55,721 nt of DNA from the NCBI GenBank assembly GCA_017434585.1, contig JAFRFA010000134.1, forward strand, positions 1-55,721, given 5' to 3'. Source of the DNA: Mogibacterium sp. GTDB taxonomy: Bacteria > Bacillota > Clostridia > Peptostreptococcales > Anaerovoracaceae. The notes under the pieces are model-generated. The model did not search any database. It saw nothing but the letters and a program-made list of their open reading frames with translations, and was not told where the DNA came from. This document shows positions 1-8,272 of the stretch, piece after piece. Every line of letters begins with the position of its first letter. Position 1 is the stretch's first letter. The translations under genes and the position numbers were made by a program.

Positions 1-317
1 AGAGCGCTGCCGAGCACTTCTGAAACGTTCATACCGGCAAGGAAGCACGGCATGTACGAGCCTTCGACTCTTCTGGGTCTTGATGAAACTCCGATGGCGG
101 CGACGGATGATGCGTCCAGGCCGGTAAATAGATCTGCCGTGATCTCAGGGAGCCTGTTGGAATGTGCGAAGAAAGCTTCCGACTGCCTGAGCCCGCGTTC
201 TCCCATCTTTACGTCCAGAAGGCGTGCCCTGTGGAACATGATTTCGCCCTGTTCGTTTACAGCGGCAGCAGAAGTCCTGTAATTTGAGGTATCGAAGCCC
301 AGGTATATCCGTTCCAT
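1..317 (-). CDS. Kae1/TsaD-like (peptidase M22 / ASKHA fold) protein, N-terminal fragment running off the window edge
   Basis: The minus-strand ATG at 317-315 overlaps the nusB stop (ATGA). It reads MERIYLGFDTSNYRTSAAAVNEQGEIMFHRARLLDVKMGERGLRQSEAFFAHSNRLPEI... and stays open to position 1. The GxDTSxYxTS and GLRQSEA motifs resemble the Kae1-like proteins of Clostridia. It is absent from the ORF track because there is no stop inside the window. Confidence 0.55.
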   Translation of the reverse strand, partial: MERIYLGFDTSNYRTSAAAVNEQGEIMFHRARLLDVKMGERGLRQSEAFFAHSNRLPEITADLFTGLDASSVAAIGVSSRPRRVEGSYMPCFLAGMNVSEVLGSA

Positions 318-724
318 CAGTCCGCTGCTGCTTCCAGTTTTTTATCTATCTTGGACAGCACCGAATTGATAAAGGCATACGATCTTTCATCGCCGTATTT
401 CTTTGCAAGATCGACGGCTTCGTTTATGGAGACTCCGCGCGGTATGCTGTCTATGAACATCATCTCTGCGACTGCCGTTCTGAGTATCGCAAGATCGGTC
501 CTGCCTATCCTGTCTATAGTCCATCTGTCGAGATTGTCCGCTATCATAGCGTCTATCTCTTCATGATGGGATGAAACAGCCTGAAGCGTCTCTTCGGTCT
601 GCTTCTTGCCCATCACCTTTGAGTTTTCTTCGACGACGCAAAGATCGGCAACATCGAAGTCGCCCGTGATATCCATCTGGTATACCAGCTGCATCGTTTT
701 TTCTCTGATGTCTTCCCGTTTCAA
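317..724 (-). CDS. nusB: transcription antitermination factor NusB
   Basis: The 135-aa ORF shows NusB hallmarks: REKTMQLVYQMD, DRIGRTDLAILRTAVAEM, PRGVSINEAVDLAKKYG and FINSVL. Confidence 0.9.
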   Translation of the reverse strand: MKREDIREKTMQLVYQMDITGDFDVADLCVVEENSKVMGKKQTEETLQAVSSHHEEIDAMIADNLDRWTIDRIGRTDLAILRTAVAEMMFIDSIPRGVSINEAVDLAKKYGDERSYAFINSVLSKIDKKLEAAAD

Positions 725-737
725 ATCCGGCTCCTTT

Positions 738-1064
738 TTACGACGGGTCTTTTGCCTTGTCTATGCCTTCGACCCTTATATTTACAGCTTTGACCGGCAT
801 TCCGGCCGTTTTTTCGATATCGTTCTTTATCCTGGTCTGGATGTCATAGCATAGCTGAGGGATGTTGACGCCGAAATAGACGATGATCTCGCAGTTGACT
901 ATGAGGCCCTCGTCTTCTTCCGTGACCTTGACCCCTGGATTCTGGTGCGCTCCGAGCATGTTCTGGATATTGCCGGTAAAACCGACGCCCGGGAACCTGC
1001 TGACTTCGCTGAACGAGAATATGTCTTTTTCGATCAGACCGATGATGTTGATGTCGTCATTCAT
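738..1064 (-). CDS. Asp23/Gls24 family alkaline-shock/envelope stress protein
   Basis: This is a 108-aa ORF. The segments GVKVTEEDEGLIVNCEIIVYFGVNIPQLCYDIQTRIKNDIEKTAGMPVKAVNIRVEGI are typical of the Asp23 family. Its position next to nusB is a common Firmicute arrangement. Confidence 0.85.
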   Translation of the reverse strand: MNDDINIIGLIEKDIFSFSEVSRFPGVGFTGNIQNMLGAHQNPGVKVTEEDEGLIVNCEIIVYFGVNIPQLCYDIQTRIKNDIEKTAGMPVKAVNIRVEGIDKAKDPS

Positions 1065-2385
1065 CTTCGCCGACCTCTCTGTCCGTTATGTCTATGCGCA
1101 GTTTTTCTATCCTGCGGTCTTTTACCCTGAGGATAGTAAAATCGTATTTTTTATACGAGACCGGTCTGTATTTGACGTTTTCTCTAGGGATCTCTCCCAT
1201 GAGATCGATTATGAAGCCTCCGACGGTCTCGCTTGTCTCCGATTCGAGCTCGATATCTGTCTCTTCTTCGAGATCGTCCAGATAAACATTTCCGTCTACG
1301 ATATATGTTTTATCGTCGATCTTTTCGATGATACGGTCTGCTTCATCGAATTCATCGTCTATATCGCCTACGATCTGTTCGATTATATCCTCGACCGATA
1401 CTATCCCGCTGAATCCTCCGTATTCGTCTATGAGAATGGCAAGATGCTGTTTTTCTCTCTGAAGCTCTTTGAACAGCGCATCGATGTTTTTTGTTTCCGG
1501 CACGAAATACGCAGGCCTCAGCAGCCTTTTGATATCGACTTTGTCGATGCCTTTTACGCTCGCGTTATACAGGAAATCCTTTATGTGGAGTATGCCGACT
1601 ATGTTGTCTGGATCGTTTTTATATACAGGGATCCTCGAATGTGTCAGTTCGGACATCTCGTCCATGTACTCCTTTTTGTCGGCATCCAGATCGATCATGA
1701 ATACGTCTGTTCTCGGAGTCATGATCTCGTATGCAAGCAGGTCGTCGAATTCGAAGATCGAGTCGATCATCCTGCGCCCTTCTTCCTTTATCTCGCCGGA
1801 TTCCTGGCCTCTGTCCAGCATGGACATTACCTTGTCCTCGGAGAAATAAGCATCGTCAACATCGGTATCTTTCCCCATTATCCTCAGGATGATATTCGCT
1901 ATGCCTTTGCATATCCATACCAGCGGCAGAGTAGCGCAGTAAACGAACTTCTGGAAACCGATCAGTCCTACACCTGCAGCTTCGCTGCTCTGCGCTGCGA
2001 GTTTTTTCGGCAGTATGTCGGAAAGAGCAGTATACAGGATATAGAAGCCGAGATTATAAAGGACAAGAAACAGCCATCCGACCCTGTCGCTTCTCCCTGT
2101 ATCAGCGATGTCCTTCGTCAGAAGATATGCATTGAACAGCATGAAACACACGATGATGCTTATGAAGCTAGCAGCGTGATCGGCATAGTGATACTTCGAA
2201 GGCTTTGACAGAAAATCCGTTACAGTTATCAGACTTTTGTCTTCAGGTTCGTCCTCCAGTCTTTCCTTTATGACATTGCGGTCGATATAATCGAGCGCCC
2301 TCTTGCATGCAACTACAAGAGCGTTGAATATCATTATAAGTATGATCAGTACAATAAATAAATATCCGGGGGTCCCGTCGTCCAT
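1057..2385 (-). CDS. CNNM/TlyC-type hemolysin-family membrane protein (DUF21 TM domain + CBS pair + CorC_HlyC)
   Basis: The 442-aa ORF has an N-terminal polytopic region. It carries a CBS-pair segment (AYEIMTPRTDVFMIDLD...HSRIPVYKNDPDNIVGILHIKD) and a C-terminal transporter-associated domain (GGFSGIVSVEDIIEQIVGDIDDEFD...TYIVDGNVYLDDL). Confidence 0.85.
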   Translation of the reverse strand: MDDGTPGYLFIVLIILIMIFNALVVACKRALDYIDRNVIKERLEDEPEDKSLITVTDFLSKPSKYHYADHAASFISIIVCFMLFNAYLLTKDIADTGRSDRVGWLFLVLYNLGFYILYTALSDILPKKLAAQSSEAAGVGLIGFQKFVYCATLPLVWICKGIANIILRIMGKDTDVDDAYFSEDKVMSMLDRGQESGEIKEEGRRMIDSIFEFDDLLAYEIMTPRTDVFMIDLDADKKEYMDEMSELTHSRIPVYKNDPDNIVGILHIKDFLYNASVKGIDKVDIKRLLRPAYFVPETKNIDALFKELQREKQHLAILIDEYGGFSGIVSVEDIIEQIVGDIDDEFDEADRIIEKIDDKTYIVDGNVYLDDLEEETDIELESETSETVGGFIIDLMGEIPRENVKYRPVSYKKYDFTILRVKDRRIEKLRIDITDREVGEDE

Positions 2386-2400
2386 CTCTGTCTCCTTGTT

Positions 2401-3642
2401 CTACTTCTTTTTACGAATGATAAACCCTTCTCCAGGTGTCCTTTTGAATCTGATCCTGAGTATCTGCTGAGGATGAGGAGCGCTTTCGACAGGCTCTTCA
2501 TCTTCATCGTACATCTCTTCTATCGTTTCTTCCCAGTACGCGGTATGCGGGCCGAAGATCTCGACTGTATCGCCGACCGAGAACTTGTTTCTCTGTTCTA
2601 CTGTCGTAAGGTCTGATTTTTCATTGGTATCCCTGACAAGACCTACGAAAGAGTAATCCCTGATGTAGTCACTGGTCAGATAATTCTGATCCTTATCCGT
2701 AGGTTTGTTATAGTAGAAGCCGTGCGTGAACTCCCTGTGGCTGGCCTTGCACAGCTCATCATACCAGGCCGGATCAAATCTGTATCCGGCAGGGTCCGCA
2801 AGATACGCATCCATCGCCGCCCTGTAAGCGCTTACGACGGTCGCCACATAGTACATGGACTTCATGCGCCCTTCTATCTTGAGAGAATAAACTCCGGCAT
2901 CCGCAAGGTCCGGTATCCTGTCGATCATGCACAGGTCGCGCGAATTCATGATGTAGCTGCCCCTGTCATCTTCTTCTACCGGATAGTATTCGCCGGGTCT
3001 TTGCTCTTCGACTAGAGAATACTTCCATCTGCACGGATGTGTGCATGCTCCGCGGTTTGCATCTCTGCCGGCCATGAAATTGCTGAGCAGGCATCTGCCG
3101 GAATAAGAGATGCACATAGCTCCGTGGACGAAAGCTTCAAGCTCGATATCCGCAGGGAGATTCTCCCTCATGACAGCGAGTTCCTCAAGGCTCACCTCTC
3201 TTGCCGCTACTATCCTTTTGACGCCCTGGGCGGCCCAGAACGCTGCAGAAAGATAATTGGTCGTATTGGCCTGCGTCGAAAGATGGATCTCGGCATCAGG
3301 GATCTGCTCGCGCAGGAGCCCCATAACGCCCGGATCCGAGACGAGAAACGCATCTACTGGAATATGCCTGATTTTTGAGATATAGTCCCTCAGAGGCAGG
3401 ATATCGCCGTTATGAGGGTATATGTTGACAGTCATGTAGCCCTTTGCGCCTCTTTCGTGCATCCAGTCCATGGCTTTTTCTATCTCGGGTACCGAAAGAT
3501 TGCCCGCGCCTGCGCGCAGGCTGAACATCTCTCCGCCGAAATATACGGCATCGGCCCCGAAATCAACAGCCGTCTTCAGTTTTTCCATGTCGCCCGCAGG
3601 CGCAAGTAATTCGAGTTTAGGTCTTTCCGAACTGTTTTTCAT
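2401..3642 (-). CDS. peptidase U32 family protein (YrrO/TrhP-like, candidate tRNA U34 hydroxylation factor)
   Basis: The 413-aa ORF has U32 landmarks: LELLAPAGD, DAVYFGG, EAFVHGAMCISYSGRCLLS and RDANRGACTHPCRW. It lies directly downstream of an O-methyltransferase and mltG, as in the B. subtilis yrrL-yrrM-yrrN-yrrO cluster. Confidence 0.85.
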   Translation of the reverse strand: MKNSSERPKLELLAPAGDMEKLKTAVDFGADAVYFGGEMFSLRAGAGNLSVPEIEKAMDWMHERGAKGYMTVNIYPHNGDILPLRDYISKIRHIPVDAFLVSDPGVMGLLREQIPDAEIHLSTQANTTNYLSAAFWAAQGVKRIVAAREVSLEELAVMRENLPADIELEAFVHGAMCISYSGRCLLSNFMAGRDANRGACTHPCRWKYSLVEEQRPGEYYPVEEDDRGSYIMNSRDLCMIDRIPDLADAGVYSLKIEGRMKSMYYVATVVSAYRAAMDAYLADPAGYRFDPAWYDELCKASHREFTHGFYYNKPTDKDQNYLTSDYIRDYSFVGLVRDTNEKSDLTTVEQRNKFSVGDTVEIFGPHTAYWEETIEEMYDEDEEPVESAPHPQQILRIRFKRTPGEGFIIRKKK

Positions 3643-4310
3643 TTTCTGAAACGTATGACAGCGAGTCCGTCGCCGCCGCTGAGTATCGTTACGTCGAGGT
3701 CTTCCCTTCTGCTGATGTATTCGAGGAACTGCCTCATGTACTTGATATTTGTCCTGTGTCTTCTGGCTTCTTTTCCGCTGCTTTCAATGAGCCATCCCTT
3801 GAGAAGTATATTATCGCATACCACAAATGCATCTTCCGTACAGACTTCCTCGCATTTTTCGAGAAATTCCCTGTAGTGGCTCTTTCCGGCGTCTATGAAA
3901 ACGAAATCGAACTTCTTTCCGTCCGGAGCAGCGGTCTCTTCTGCCAGCGAGTCCAGTACGTCCAGAGCATCACCGATACGGAAGTCTATGCGGGATCCGC
4001 CGCTCATCCTCTCAAAGTTCGCTCTGGCATATTCCGTCATGCCTGGATTTCTGTCGATAGTAGTGACAAGGGCATCCGGGCAGTATTTTGCGAAGAAAAG
4101 CGCAGAATAACCATGGGCCGTACCGAGTTCGAGTATCCTCTCAGGCTTCTTCATGTCGAGAAGAAGCCTGAGCATCGATTCGGTCTCGGTCAGTATCAGA
4201 GGAACGCCTTCAGATTCGTTCGATCTTCTGAGAGCATCCAGTTCATCATCAACAGGTCTGTGCCAGATGTCGATAAAATCCCTGAGCGCTGGATCTCTGA
4301 CTTCGATCAT
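3639..4310 (-). CDS. class I SAM-dependent O-methyltransferase (family 3, YrrM/TrmR-like)
   Basis: The 223-aa ORF contains ILELGTAHGYSALFFA, a SAM-binding GxGxG-like motif. It also contains FDFVFIDAGKSHY, typical of caffeoyl-CoA-type OMTs. Its stop overlaps the U32 start. Confidence 0.8.
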   Translation of the reverse strand: MIEVRDPALRDFIDIWHRPVDDELDALRRSNESEGVPLILTETESMLRLLLDMKKPERILELGTAHGYSALFFAKYCPDALVTTIDRNPGMTEYARANFERMSGGSRIDFRIGDALDVLDSLAEETAAPDGKKFDFVFIDAGKSHYREFLEKCEEVCTEDAFVVCDNILLKGWLIESSGKEARRHRTNIKYMRQFLEYISRREDLDVTILSGGDGLAVIRFRK

Positions 4311-5365
4311 CAGTTTTCGCCTTCCGTGCTGTCGCCGATCTCTTCGGCTGCTTTTTCGGCAGCCTTTTTCTCATCCCTCTCCTTTACGGCAGCCTCGTAT
4401 TCGGCTTTCAGTTTCTCGTATTCCGCATCGTCAGATGTAAATTTGTGAGTGCCGTCGAGTTTGCTGCTGAGGACGTAATGAGTGTATTCCGCCTCTTCAG
4501 GATAAAGAGCAGCTATGATCGACTCTTTTGACGGAGAACAGAGAGGTACCTTAGGGATCTCGTCTTCGCCGGCAAGCTCCAGATTGTAACGGTTGTGGAT
4601 GACCGCGGATATAGCGGCCTTTTCCTTTTCTACCGTAGTCTCTTTTTCGATCATGGATGCTATTATGAGGACCTCCCTCGGAGTAAGTCCGAGTTCGTCC
4701 GCTCTTGCCTGATACTCGTCATTATAGAAGTTTGCAAAAGCATCGATCATCATGATGACCATCATACTCTCATCTGCATCCGAGCTGAGATTGTATTCCG
4801 ACGGGAAGAGGAAGCCTTCGACAAGATCGCTTCCGCTCAGTTCTCCCGTAGGATCTGTAAGGACTTCCATCTCCGAAAGATCAGGAGATGAGACCGCTTC
4901 AAGGAAGGCTGCCTTATCGGCAAGGCCGTCTCTGTCAAGAGCAGTAGCGATCTGATCGACCGTATATCCCGGCGGTATGGTGAAGCCGGTCTGGGTCGTG
5001 AGTCCGTTCTGCAGCGTTTTTATGATGCTGATCGAATCCATTGAAGGCGAAAGAAAGTACATGCCCGATCTGAAATTGCCGGAAAAAGTGATCTTCGAAA
5101 GCAGCTCAAACGACGAAGCCTTTCTTACGATGCCCTCTTTAGCTAGCTTTTTGGCTACATCGGACCGGCTGGCGCCTTCTTCGATAACGATATTCTTGTA
5201 TGTTGCATCCGTCCTGTCGCATGGTTTATTGAGCTGATAGATACCCAGAAGAGCCAGCAGAGAAATCACTATGAGTGCGATTATTATCCTGAGCGGCCAT
5301 CTGAAGCGTCTGCGCTTGTTGACATTCTCAAGGTCGGATGAAGCTTCCATAGTCTTCAAGTTCAA
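4310..5365 (-). CDS. mltG: endolytic murein transglycosylase MltG (YceG-like)
   Basis: The 351-aa ORF has an N-terminal TM helix (WPLRIIIALIVISLLALLGI). YceG motifs are present: IPPGYTVDQIA, EGFLFPSEY, IIASMIEKET and ISAVIHNR. The track start is TTG at 5365, preceded by AGAGGTG; an in-frame ATG at 5350 is the alternative start. Confidence 0.85.
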   Translation of the reverse strand: MNLKTMEASSDLENVNKRRRFRWPLRIIIALIVISLLALLGIYQLNKPCDRTDATYKNIVIEEGASRSDVAKKLAKEGIVRKASSFELLSKITFSGNFRSGMYFLSPSMDSISIIKTLQNGLTTQTGFTIPPGYTVDQIATALDRDGLADKAAFLEAVSSPDLSEMEVLTDPTGELSGSDLVEGFLFPSEYNLSSDADESMMVIMMIDAFANFYNDEYQARADELGLTPREVLIIASMIEKETTVEKEKAAISAVIHNRYNLELAGEDEIPKVPLCSPSKESIIAALYPEEAEYTHYVLSSKLDGTHKFTSDDAEYEKLKAEYEAAVKERDEKKAAEKAAEEIGDSTEGEN

Positions 5366-5376
5366 TCAGTACACCT

Positions 5377-5937
5377 CTACTTTGATCTTCCGAGGTACTC
5401 TCCCGATCTTGTATCGATCTGGATCTTTTCGCCTTCATTGATGAAGATAGGGACCTGGATAACAGCTCCAGTTTCGACAGTTGCAGCCTTAGTGACGTTA
5501 GTAGCCGTATCTCCCTTGACGCCCGGTTCAGTCTCGATGACCTCGAGGTCGACAAAGTTAGGCGGTTCGACATCGAAAGCGTTGTCCTTGTAGAACTTGA
5601 CCGTAGCCATGTCGTTCTCACGGATGTACTTGATCGCTTCCTCAACGAGTTCGGCAGTCAGAGGGACCTGATCGTAAGTATCAGTATCCATGAAGTAGTA
5701 TAGCTCACCGTCGTTGTAGAGATACTGCATCTGCTTTGTCTCGATATGAGCCTTAGGGAACTTGTCGTTAGGGTTGAAGGCTTCTTCTCTTGTCGCTCCT
5801 GTGAGGATGTTTCTGTACTTAGTCCTTACGAAAGCGGCGCCCTTGCCCGGCTTTACATGCTGGAAGTCGAGCACTACATGAGGCTCCCCGTTCATCTCGA
5901 AGGTAATACCTTTTCTGAAATCACTTGCATAAATCAT
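5377..5937 (-). CDS. efp: translation elongation factor P
   Basis: The 186-aa ORF contains [23 protein letters not shown], and its C-terminal OB domains match EF-P. Confidence 0.95.
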   Translation of the reverse strand: MIYASDFRKGITFEMNGEPHVVLDFQHVKPGKGAAFVRTKYRNILTGATREEAFNPNDKFPKAHIETKQMQYLYNDGELYYFMDTDTYDQVPLTAELVEEAIKYIRENDMATVKFYKDNAFDVEPPNFVDLEVIETEPGVKGDTATNVTKAATVETGAVIQVPIFINEGEKIQIDTRSGEYLGRSK

Positions 5938-5982
5938 TGGTTTTCTCCTTGTATAAAAGTACTGGTTGATAACAAATATTAC

Positions 5983-6172
5983 CGTGCGTGAATCATCGAA
6001 GCGAGCGTGTTTGAGGATCTTGTCAGCTGCACCGATGGAGTGATGCGAAGCGGCTGGATGTTTGAGACGGAGTCCAGGTACCCAGTGCGACGGCGAAAAC
6101 TCCCCGCGCTCGCAAGGGACTGAGGATGCAATGACAGATCCAAAAACCAGCGAGCGAAGATATTCACGTACG
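5983..6172 (-). ncRNA. candidate structured ncRNA, 6S RNA-like long irregular hairpin (strand not resolved)
   Basis: This GC-rich non-coding spacer lies between ylbF and efp. Positions 5983-5993 (CGTGCGTGAAT) pair with 6162-6172 (ATTCACGTACG). Positions 6015-6025 (GGATCTTGTCA) pair with 6132-6141 (TGACAGATCC). Further interrupted pairing occurs in between, closing about 90 nt of internal helices and bubbles. The total of about 190 nt matches typical 6S length. One G-U favours the plus strand and one favours the minus strand. Confidence 0.35.
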
Positions 6173-6180
6173 AATAAGTG

Positions 6181-6507
6181 CTACATGCCCATCGCATCCC
6201 CTATGATAGCGAACACATCGTTCATCATCACCATGAACGCGCCCTGGGCCTGCAGGTACTGAGCCGCAGCCGGCTTTGTCGCCACCATAGTGCTGAGACT
6301 CTGGAAACGTCCGATAACATCCTTGTCAGGCTCCTGTCCGGCAAGCTGGGCAGCCTGGAGCTGCATCTGGAGCTCCTGCATCTCCTTGAGCATGTCGGCA
6401 GACTCCTTGTCGGCGTCTATCGCCTGTCTCATCCTGTCGAATTCCTTGAATTCATTGGACTCCTTGATAGCCTTTGCCAGACTGTGAGCCTCATCATATA
6501 CATTCAT
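6181..6507 (-). CDS. YlbF/YmcA (Com_YlbF, UPF0342/YheA-like) family protein
   Basis: The protein reads MNVYDEAHSLAKAIKESNEFKEFDRMRQAIDADKESADMLKEMQELQMQLQ...QYLQAQGAFMVMMNDVFAIIG, the helical-repeat signature of this family. I place the start at the ATG at 6507, preceded by GGAGGTG at 6-nt spacing. The track start at 6516 is GTG. Confidence 0.75.
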   Translation of the reverse strand: MNVYDEAHSLAKAIKESNEFKEFDRMRQAIDADKESADMLKEMQELQMQLQAAQLAGQEPDKDVIGRFQSLSTMVATKPAAAQYLQAQGAFMVMMNDVFAIIGDAMGM

Positions 6508-6519
6508 GATCTCCACCTC

Positions 6520-8256
6520 CTAAACGTACAGTATCACCGGAATTATGACCGGATTTCTCTTGGTCCTGTTATATATAAAAGTTTTCATGTCGGATTTGAT
6601 AGCCCTTGTGAGCGAAGCTTCGTCGGTCTTCCCTTTTGACGAGCTCTTTCCTATCGTATTGTAGACGATATTGAGAGCCTCCCTGAGAAGGTCCTGATGC
6701 TCATCGACATATACAAACCCCTTGGTATTCAGCTTCGGCTCCGCCATGAGGGATCCCGTTGCCGAATCCAGAGCCACGGATATGGTGATGAGACCCGACT
6801 GTGAAAGCGACTTCCTGTCTTTGAGAACTACGCTTCCGACATCGCCTATGCCGTATCCGTCGACCATCACATCATCTCCCGATGTGAATTCCTTGATGAC
6901 TTCGGCTTTACGGCTCTCGACCTGAAAAGCGTCGCCGTTGCCGATCACGAAGATATGGTTTTTAGGCTGCCCGAGTCTGTTCGAGAGCTTGGCGTGCTCA
7001 ATCAGGTGCCTGAATTCTCCGTGTGCCGGAATGAAGTACTTCGGTCTGATAAGCGTATGTATCAGCTTGAGTTCCTCCGATGAAGCGTGACCGGAAACGT
7101 GGACGTCCATCGTTGACGCCAGCACCACTTCGACCTTCTTTTCGTACAGCTTGTTGATGACCTGCGATATGACCTTCTCGTTGCCCGGTATAGGCGACGA
7201 AGAGAACACTACCACATCGTTCTTCTTGAGCTTCACGGACTTATGATTGTCGTAAGCCATCCTGGTAAGAGCGCTCATAGGCTCCCCCTGGCTGCCGGTC
7301 GTTATTATCGTGAGGTTCCTGTCTGCGATATTCTTTATATCGCTTATATTGACGAACGCAGTCTCCGGTATGTCGTCGAGGTATCCGAGCTCCTTCGAAA
7401 GAGCGAGCACGTTTTCCATAGATCTTCCGGATACGGCTATCCTCCGCTGGTGTTTGATGGAGGATTCTATGAAATATTTGATCCTGTGGACGTTCGAAGC
7501 AAAAGTCGCGATAATGATACGCCTGTCGATATTGTCGAATATCTCATCTATGGATTCCCTTACAACGGCCTCCGAAGGAGTATACCCCTTTCTCAGGACA
7601 TTCGTGCTGTCACAGAGCAGAACGTCGACGCCCTCGTCTCCAAGCTGCGAAAACCTGTTGAGATCTATCACCTTGCCGTCGAGCGGCGAGTAGTCGATCT
7701 TGAAGTCTCCGGTATGGACCACATGTCCTCCCGGGAACTTTATCGAATACGCGAGAGAGTCAGCGATGCTGTGATTGGTCTGTATGGCTTCGATCCTGAA
7801 TGATCCGACTTTGAACTTGCTTCCGGCCTTGATCACATGGCTCTCGCAGGAGAGATAATTCTCTTCGAGTTTGTGCTTTATCATTCCCATCGCCAGCGGA
7901 GAGGCGTATACCGGTACATTCACCTCCTGCAGCAGATAAGGGATGCCCCCGATATGGTCCTCGTGACCGTGAGTGATGATCAGCCCTTTTACCTTTTCGA
8001 TGTTTTCCCTGATGTATGTGAAATCCGGGATGACGATATCTATGCCGAACATCTCGTATTCAGGGAATGCAAGACCGCAGTCTATGATAAGTATCTCATC
8101 GTTGCACTCTATCAGCGTGCAGTTCTTGCCTATTTCTCTCATTCCGCCCAGGGGGATTATCCTGAACGGTGCTTTTTCGGCGTTTGCCTTCTTTTTGGAA
8201 GCGCTTACCCTGTAAGGCTTCGGTTTTTTATATCTCTTATTGTTAGTATCAGCCAT
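6520..8256 (-). CDS. rnj: ribonuclease J
   Basis: The 578-aa ORF has the metallo-beta-lactamase/beta-CASP motifs IITHGHEDHIGG, VHTGDFK, LLCDSTN and HVSGHAS, plus the RNase J C-terminal domain. Confidence 0.9.
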   Translation of the reverse strand: MADTNNKRYKKPKPYRVSASKKKANAEKAPFRIIPLGGMREIGKNCTLIECNDEILIIDCGLAFPEYEMFGIDIVIPDFTYIRENIEKVKGLIITHGHEDHIGGIPYLLQEVNVPVYASPLAMGMIKHKLEENYLSCESHVIKAGSKFKVGSFRIEAIQTNHSIADSLAYSIKFPGGHVVHTGDFKIDYSPLDGKVIDLNRFSQLGDEGVDVLLCDSTNVLRKGYTPSEAVVRESIDEIFDNIDRRIIIATFASNVHRIKYFIESSIKHQRRIAVSGRSMENVLALSKELGYLDDIPETAFVNISDIKNIADRNLTIITTGSQGEPMSALTRMAYDNHKSVKLKKNDVVVFSSSPIPGNEKVISQVINKLYEKKVEVVLASTMDVHVSGHASSEELKLIHTLIRPKYFIPAHGEFRHLIEHAKLSNRLGQPKNHIFVIGNGDAFQVESRKAEVIKEFTSGDDVMVDGYGIGDVGSVVLKDRKSLSQSGLITISVALDSATGSLMAEPKLNTKGFVYVDEHQDLLREALNIVYNTIGKSSSKGKTDEASLTRAIKSDMKTFIYNRTKRNPVIIPVILYV

Positions 8257-8272
8257 AATATCGAAGCCGCGG

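Noticed and set aside
883-2208. There are long plus-strand ORFs of 280-440 aa exactly antisense to minus-strand genes. They are at 883..2208, 9719..10768, 14932..15795, 33648..34517, 35229..36254, 38221..39438 and 53448..54683.
   Set aside because: Each lies fully inside a confidently identified minus-strand gene (tlyC-like, leuS, hisS/hemZ, activase, trmK/rpoD, pgk). Their translations are low-complexity (rich in R, S, F, V, L) with no recognisable motifs. They are explained by codon bias: rare TTA, CTA and TCA in the sense frame leave the antisense frame open.
5979-6197. A 72-aa minus-strand ORF in the ylbF-efp spacer.
   Set aside because: It has no RBS, an odd composition ([28 protein letters not shown]...), and coincides with extensive RNA secondary structure. 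It is more likely a non-coding RNA.
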